Source of the DNA: the human T2T-CHM13v2.0 reference genome, Homo sapiens | Strand: one strand, 5' to 3' | Assembly (NCBI RefSeq): GCF_009914755.1 | Contig: NC_060929.1 | Length of the DNA: 64,000 nucleotides | Part shown: positions 55,551 through 64,000 of the stretch, piece by piece | How the letters are laid out: each line of letters starts with the position of its first letter | Numbering within the stretch: the first letter of the stretch is position 1 | Notes under the pieces: generated by a model | The model's input: only the letters and a program-made list of their open reading frames with translations | Databases searched by the model: none | What the model was told of the DNA's origin: nothing | Translations under genes and position numbers: made by a program

Positions 55551-56582
55551 TTTTCCATATAAAATATAAAATTCTCCTTAAAAATATTAAGATTATGTCA
55601 TAAAGGTTTCTAAGCATTGCAAGTGGTTCCTATTTATATCTGCTACTATTGCTTTCCAGATCCAGAAATAGCTTGCAAATAATGGGATTCCTGTAGATGG
55701 AATAATGTTAATTTACCTAGCTCACTGCTACTGTATTGTACAGCTTGGGAAAATGTGCTGTTTTTGCAGTCTGTTCATTCAGATGGCTTATGAATTAAAA
55801 GCAGAGGCCCATCATGTTCTAAGATCCAGTAGTTCATTATTGCAAAATAAAATATCCATTTATTAGGCAAGGATTGTCTACAGTGCAAGTGTAAAGAGAC
55901 CCACTCATAAGAATAAGTGTTGCCTTCAAATTTGTACTGAAGTATGCTGAAAAACATGTATACTATAGCTGTGATAATGAGCAGTACAGTAGAAAGAGGT
56001 GATTTATGATACCTGTTTCTGACAGCTATAGTGCAGAGATTCCCAGGGTAGCTGATCATGGCATTAGCATGCTGACAGCTCAGCATTTAGAACATTATGG
56101 TAATTTATCCTGCCTATGCTGTCACCTGCACTGTCAGAGTTTCTTTTTAATGATGGTATAACTATTTTGTTTGTTTGTACTGCATTCTTTTCATTTGGCT
56201 AATGCTTTCTCATTAGATTGAACCTAGTAAATGAGAGTAATTAAGTGCTTCCTATAGCTCAGATGCAATGATTAAGTTGCAGAGCTGCTACTGATTATGT
56301 TTTGTCATTTATCTCTATTAATCTGAGAATAATCCAGATGATAAACACATGTAATTTTTTGCTAATGTTCAATAGATGAAATTTATAGTTTCTCCATGGA
56401 GCCAAGCAGTAAATGTATATTTATATATAAATAATAGATTCTTACATGTGAACTTGCTTTAAATAAACATGTAAGTTACAACTAAAGTTTTTATAAAGGG
56501 AAAGACACTTTTAATTGTCCTACTAAATTTATTCTATCCTGAAATAGCCTTCTTTACTCTTCCAAGCCCTACCCCCCACCCA

Positions 56583-56661
56583 AGGGAAGGAAGGAGGGAA
56601 GGAAGGAAAGAAAGGAGAGAAAAGAAGGAAGGAGGTAAGGGAAGGAACAAAGGAAGGAAGG
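56583..56661. repeat. Purine-rich (GGAA/GAAG) low-complexity tract
   Basis: About 80 bp almost entirely purine. Confidence 0.85.
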
Positions 56662-56773
56662 CTGGCTTAAATTATTATTATGGAGCAAGTTGTTTTTCTG
56701 ACTTTAGTTGTTTTTTTTTTTTTAATTGTCTGCAGGGACAAGACTAAAATTTGTTTTGATAATAGTTTATTTG

Positions 56774-57067
56774 GGCTGAGCAGGGTAGCTCATGCATGTA
56801 ATCCAAACACTTTGGGAGGCCGAGATGGGAGGATCACTCAAGCCCAGGAGTTCAAGACCAGTCTAGGGACATAGGGGGACCCCATCTCTACAAAAAATTT
56901 AAAAATTAACCAGGTATGGTGGTGCATGCCTGTCGTCCCAGCTATTCAGGAGGCTGAGGCAGGAGAATCCTTTTAGCCTTAGAGTTTGAGGCTACAGTGA
57001 ACCCTGATCACACCACTGCACTCTAGCCTGGGCAACAGAGCAAGACCCTATCTCAAGAAAAAAAAAA
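56774..57067 (+). mobile_element. AluJ SINE
   Basis: GGAGGATCACTCAAGCCCAGGAGTTCAAG. Confidence 0.9.
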
Positions 57068-57211
57068 GACTTCATTTGAAGTCCTTTCATTCACTCTGTA
57101 CTGACAGTTTTTCAACTCTTTTCGTTTACTCTGATTTTCTAAGCTATAGTAATTTATTATTCCAGAAGAAAATGTGTTTCAACTAAACTGTTAAATAATT
57201 CTTGAGATTAG

Positions 57212-57516
<305 letters not shown>

Positions 57517-59009
57517 GAATGTTTGTCTTTTAATAAATTAAGCTAACATGTTAAAATAATGTGGAGTTATGTTTTTTGAAAAATAATACATTTACACATA
57601 TTATTTGCTTATATCTGACATAATTTGCTGTAAGGAGATACACAGTTTTCAGAACTCTGATGTGACTATTATAGTTAATAGTTAATTAGCTTTTTAAAGT
57701 TTCTATAAAAAATGCCAAATAACTTGATACATTTTGTTTGCAATTAGTGACAAGACAGTATTTGCCAACTTCATGCATTTCAAGTATCATTATGTAAAGA
57801 TTGTTTCCTAATTCTTTATGTGTAAAGATTTATTCCTAATTCTTTATAATTTATTTATAAAATTATAGTTTCAACAATCTTTCATATATACTAAGAGAAA
57901 ATAAAAGATTGTTTTTAGGAAATTACATTTTTGCAGAATTTTCATAAATGCTTGAAAAGATCATAGAATTGCTAAACCCATGTGGGCATAGGCTACCCGG
58001 AATTTTCAGCTCATATTTAGATGGTAGGAAAATTGACAGAAACTTAGTTACTGTATTTCTTTGTGCTTAAATGTATGACCAGGAGTCTGGTGAATGTGAT
58101 TTCCCAAACATTGGAGTAGGAACACTAGCAGTTCTTATTTTGAAAAAGAACATTGTACTTGAGCTTTCAGGTTGTGGCTGTGCATTGTAATGCATCAGGA
58201 GCTGCTTTTACATTTTATTTAAGAGAAAGGTCTTTTAAGTATCTATACATGTACTGCCTTTATTTGCACATTTGGATCATTTAATGAATTTTGTTCTATG
58301 AACAAATGGTACCATCTAAGATAAATACTTGAAACATTGATGTTAACCCTACCTCAGTTAATTTTCATGAAATATTATTTTTTGAAAATGAATACTTATT
58401 GCATAAGTCCTAAAGTCCTAAATGGAATATGCTGTTTTTAATGGTTATTCATATATTCTTTGGATTCCTTTCTAAAATAAGCCATTGTTAAAAGATGGAT
58501 ATACATTACCCAGTGGGCTCTTCTTCCCCTTTAGGTGTAGAAATGCCTTCCATGAAGACTAACTGGGAATTGAGATGATCATAAATATTGGGATTTTATT
58601 AAGTTTGCTAGTAGTTTGTTCACATTGTTTTTCCAGCAATTTTAGAAGATACAATATTTAGCCTAATAAGGATTATCATCTTTCAGAGGGATCAAATATC
58701 TATCCTGTACTTATGGCTAGATTGAAGAAATTTTTCATTGAAATAATCAGATTATATATGAAGTGATGATTTGTTAATGGTTGGCATAGTCAAAGAATCT
58801 GTTTTTGAAGTTGTGGGAAATGTCTCTGACAGGCATTATCAGTTAAGTAAGGGACTAAAAGTAGAAAGCCCTAAGTTCTAACCCAAACATTTTTCCCTAA
58901 TAGTTATTTTGTCAAATAAATATTGCTCTTGCACACTGAGGTATTAGGGTGAGTAATAGTGAGCATTAGGCCAGTGTAATACTCTTTTGAATATTAAATT
59001 ATAAAATAA

Positions 59010-59638
<629 letters not shown>

Positions 59639-60770
59639 TTAAAAAGTTATGATTTCTTATCATTGTTTACTGACTTTTTTAAAAAGCAAAAATTGGATAA
59701 TGCTTTAGGATGGAATATTCACTAATCTAGAAAATATTTCTTCCGTATTTTAAAAGGTGGAGACAATGGTTTTAATTAACTGGAGCACTTTGGTACCTGA
59801 ACCTATGGGAATATTTTCAGTATGGAATATTTATTTGCTATTTCTGTATTCCTGCGTAGTCAATTCCTAAATACGCTTTCTTAAGATAGCAGTTTTAAAA
59901 ATTATAATTACTCTCCACCCTGACCCCTTGCCCCACAACAAACAAAAATCACTTTGAGTTGTTAATGTTGAAATCACAAGTTACAAGTCTTCCTTTGTCC
60001 TTGGTTAAAAAATAATTATAAAAATAGAGTAAAGAGAAAATTCTTTTTCTCTTTACTGGTCAGTTCTATAGAAGTAATTTAAAATACCGTATATTGAATT
60101 CTTTGATCATTTCTCCTGGGTGGATTGGGAAAGAAGTCCTAGCTGAGGCAATTGCTTCTGGGCTCTCTTTCTGTGTGCCTGGTAAATGAAACACAAGGAA
60201 CCTCACCAAACTACATGACTAATGGCAACCTCCAGTGCCGCCTGCAATCAAAGATTAATTTGCTTTATCAAGTTTAAAGAATACTGGGTGATAAATCATG
60301 TCAAAAAGAAATAATCAGTCAAAGGCTGATGTTCTTTTCTACATGTGAGGACAGGTGCTATGAGGCATGCACTTGTCATATACAGTTAATTTTCTTTTCA
60401 TGCATTTATGTTCATCTTAATTACTATTTAGTTGATGCTTGAATCAAATAATTTCTCTCATTAAGATCAACCAGCATCCCAACTGCAAGGCTGCAGTATT
60501 ATAGATTCAAAATAACATTTTTTTCCTTTTAATTTGTATAAGGGTATTTTCACATGAGTATTAATCACAAATTTTTTTATTCAAACATGAGAATGCCAAG
60601 TGGGAAGCGAAATTATTTTCTCCATTTCAAGATACCCAAGAATATCAACTGGATGTTCATGTTTATAATATATGTCTGTGTGTGTGTTATATCTACGTAT
60701 TTTATATAAAATTTTCATTTTACTCGGATTTTCTCACCTTTTTTTTTCTTCTCTTTTCTTTTCTTGAAAG

Positions 60771-60829
60771 AGAGAAAGCTAGAGTCTCTAATTCTGTCTC
60801 CTGGGTTCATAATGCAGGACTCACTTTAG
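60771..60829 (+). other. Candidate 59-nt internal (cassette) exon
   Basis: Branch-like TTCTCAC at 60731-60737, ~28-nt pure pyrimidine tract, AAG| acceptor, TAG|GTAAGA donor; no transcript evidence available. Confidence 0.4.
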
Positions 60830-61904
60830 GTAAGATTATATTATAAAGAGGTCATCTTTCAGGACTTTTAGCAGCAAACACATTTGAGCAGGATCAAAAA
60901 TGAATCTTGTGTCTTTTCAGACACCGTGCTATCAGGACTCTTTAAAAGCAAGACTCAGATTATTGTCTTAGGAGAGTCTCTTATTTCTAATTATAGTCTT
61001 ATGAACTGGAGCCTCTTTAAATGTTTTTGGTATATGTAGATATGTATTACTTCCTAGCTTAGGTCTTTTCTAGCTCACTCTGCCTTTGGTGGCTAATTAG
61101 AGATTTAGAAATTAATTTTCCGCTTGATGTACACAATTAAATAAAAATTCATCATAGACTTGAAACTTGGAACTGTGAAGCTGTATCGTTTGAGTGGTTG
61201 TAGGAAATCTTATCCCTAGAGTAACTCTTCATTTTCTTTTTCTTCATGGTTTCTCTCAGTTTTTGTCTAGATCTTGACCTTTTTCACTCCAGTAAATTGT
61301 CAGTAGTGCAGGAAGACTTGTGGCTGGCTTTTGTTTACCTTTTATTCTGCTTCTGATTCCTGAGAATTATTTTAAAATATTTATAAAGTTCTATTTTTGA
61401 CATCAGTAGCATCCTAAAGAGAGAATATCTTATATTGGCTGGGTTTTAAGACTTCTTTTTAAACTGGATAGGAATTTAACTTGCCTATACTTAATATATA
61501 TTTTTCCACATGAAAGTATTTATTGTGTTCTATTTCATTTCCAAAATGAGATGATGGGACAAGTTGATGAGGTCTCTTACAATTTGAAAGTTTTGTAACT
61601 CCAGACATACCTATTTTGATAGTAACTGAGTCACCAGTGCTCATTAGCAGTTTGCATAATAGACATCTATTCTAGGGAATTGCTGTAGTATAGACTGCAT
61701 GGTGGGGTAAATAGATTTAGATTTGAAGACTGAACACTTCCATCCAGGGTCTAACTCCAGCATTTGTATAAACTTGGACAATACTTTTGCTACAGGGTTG
61801 TCATTGAAAGTATTGCCTCATTATATTTCTTAGTGGTCCCTGTATGAAGCCATATAAGAGAAACTTCTTAATTTAGCACTAGGAAATGCTTCTGTTGACT
61901 TGAG

Positions 61905-61905
<1 letters not shown>

Positions 61906-61945
<40 letters not shown>

Positions 61946-61978
61946 TGTGTGTGTGTGTGTGTGTCTGTGTGTGTGTGT
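61906..61978. repeat. (TG)n microsatellite, ~73 bp with two TC interruptions
   Basis: Direct reading. Confidence 0.97.
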
Positions 61979-62289
61979 ATTCCCCTAATTGATAAACTAT
62001 AAAATAATCTTTCTCTTTTCACTTTGGCCATCTGGAAATTTGCCACCAATTTATGGTTCAACTGTATAATTGCATGTAACATTTATAATCTGCTTTCATG
62101 AATTTTTATCCTTGTATTCCTCCCACTCTGATTCAATTTTATATTATAACTGGTCCTTGTGTCTCATTTTATTTTATCTCTACTTTTTTAATGTCCGGGA
62201 TTTCCTATATGTCACCCCAAATACTGAGTCACTGTGTAAATAAGTAAATATATATCTACTCTATATCTATAAGTAGTGTGATATATGAG

Positions 62290-62319
62290 ATATATATATA
62301 TATATATATACACACACAC
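62290..62319. repeat. (TA)n(CA)n compound microsatellite
   Basis: Direct reading. Confidence 0.9.
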
Positions 62320-62469
62320 TGAATCACTTTGTAAATAAGTAGAATTGCCCTGACTCCATCACTAAGTATTCAAAAGTCAGTTATTTCTTTTAGAGCTTTA
62401 GTATTCTCACTTGTAAAATAAAGAATGAACTAGATTGCCCTTGAGAACTTTTTAGACCCAAATTCTAGG

Positions 62470-63520
62470 ATTAAAAACAACATAGGACTTCCAGTTTCCA
62501 TTTGGAGCCTAGAAAGCTGGAAAGAGCATCACTTTCACCTCTGAAACAACAATAAAGCTGGGAAAACTGCAAGCTTATGACTTTTCTTGAATCTGCCAGA
62601 GAACTGAAGTGGAAAGACAACCAAATAGCCAGAAATGTAAGCAGAGATAGATGCTTGCTAGGAAAAAAGGAACATGAGCACTTGCTTACATAAGGTTGAC
62701 TCATGAATGCCATAAGAATAACTGGGCTAGATAGTTAATAAGTTGGTAGAGGCTGAGTGTGGGCTGGCAAGAGAAAGTGAAGCCCCAGATGGCCTTAGAT
62801 ATATGGAGATTTTATACCCTCTTGCAGGCTCTTTTATCACAGTCCCACCAGGCAGTTTCTCCTACCCTTCCCTACTGCAAAAAAAAAAAAAAAAAGTCCT
62901 GAGAAAGCATCCTTCATAGTGCAGGCTTAGAGAACGAAAGCAACAGTGAAAGGGACACAAAACTCCACCTGAATGCTTCTTCCTATTTCCCCAACTGGAA
63001 ATATTTTGATTTTTGACAAATATGCCATGGTTATATAGGATGTTAACCTTAGGGAAAACTAAATGGATGGTATATAGGAATTCTTTGTACTATATTTGCA
63101 ACTTTTCTGTATATCTAAAATTATGCCAGGCCAGGTGCAATGGTTCACACTAGTAATCCCAACACTTCGGAAGGCTGAGGCACTCAGGAGGATCACTTGA
63201 GGCCAGGAATTCAAGACTATCCCGGACAACATAATGAGTCGTCATCTCTGCAAAAAATGGAAAAATTGGCTGAGAAATGGTGGCATGCACCTGTAGTGCC
63301 AGCTACTTGAGAGACTGAAACAGGAGAATCACTCGAGCCCAAGAGTTCACAGCTACGATGAGCTGTGATCATGCCACTTGCACTTCAGCCTGGGCAACAT
63401 ACTGAGACCCTGTCTCTTTAAAACAAAAAAAGAAAAAAGAAAAATAATAAATTTTAAATTTAAAAAAATTGTAAATAACAATTTACAAGTAAAATTATTT
63501 CAAATGCAAAGTTTAAAAAA
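62470..63520 (+). mobile_element. Old L1M fragments (5' piece ~62470-62990; 3' UTR piece ~62995-63520 split by an Alu)
   Basis: GGACTTCCAGTTTCC.. 5'-like start; GAATTCTTTGTACTATATTTGCAACTTTTCTGT..TCTAAAATTAT is an L1MB/MC/ME 3' motif. Confidence 0.6.
63129..63450 (+). mobile_element. AluJo-like SINE
   Basis: Diverged dimeric Alu with A-rich tail. Confidence 0.88.
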
Positions 63521-63589
63521 ATAGGCAGCAACTGTAGCCCCACCCGCTTTTCGGGTAGCATTCCTTTGAAGTAGAGATAGTTCCCTCAT

Positions 63590-64000
63590 TTGGCAGATTA
63601 GAATTCTTTTCTTATTAAAATAATTTTATATAGTTAGAAAATCCTGAAAGTCTTCTCCATCCATCTCTTCCCTACTCTACCCCATTGTTGGCATGAGCAT
63701 CTTTTCTTTCAGTGCTTAACCTTGTTATGGTTTTTATCCCATTATATGAGACTTATCTACATACTTATCTTTCTTTCAGAATCCTCAGTGCTTGGCCCAT
63801 GGTAGGCATTCAGTGGTATTTATTGTAATAAACCTGGTCTTCTTTAATTGTCACTTGTCTTGATGAATGGCACCATTCTAGTATAAACCAGAAACCTAGG
63901 AATCATTTTTATTTCATTTCTTCCTTACTCTCTACCAAGTTCTACTATATATTTTTTGCCTCATAAATATGTCACCAATCTATCTGTTTCTGTCTCCTCT
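63590..64000 (+). mobile_element. L2/MIR-type ancient fragments
   Basis: CAGTGCTTGGCCCATGGTAGGCATTCAGTG; GAATGGCACCATTCTAG..CCAGAAACCTAGGAATCAT are L2 motifs. Confidence 0.55.

Noticed and set aside
58518-58600. Good acceptor CTCTTCTTCCCCTTTAG at ~58535
   Set aside because: No convincing donor or recognisable coding frame downstream

Overview
Mammalian, almost certainly human, non-coding DNA: an AluYa5 with all five diagnostic bases is present, and this subfamily is essentially human-specific. More than half of the window is interspersed repeats. No host protein-coding exon can be identified. Every long ORF in the track comes from L1 or Tigger1, and the short ORFs are Alu, LTR or chance frames. 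The overall look fits a large intron or gene desert; the gene cannot be named from sequence alone. Main repeats: a Tigger1 fossil; a nested MLT1A / MER8 > THE1 provirus > near-full-length L1PA2/PA3 stack with readable target-site duplications (TSDs); a near-full-length L1PA7-like element fused to an AluSp; two older L1M elements head-to-head; about 19 Alus; and MIR, L2, MER2, Tigger2a and Charlie fossils. Not explained by repeats I recognise: (1) a ~730-bp fold-back at 36552-37283 with ~330-bp arms and perfect 35-39-bp stems; (2) a well-formed 59-nt candidate cassette exon at 60771-60829; (3) a dense MEIS/PBX-HOX motif cluster at 56000-56136; (4) a sharply bounded hyper-divergent patch inside the young L1 ORF1. 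Subfamily calls come from recalled consensus sequences and need RepeatMasker/Dfam confirmation. Boundaries of old repeats are approximate.
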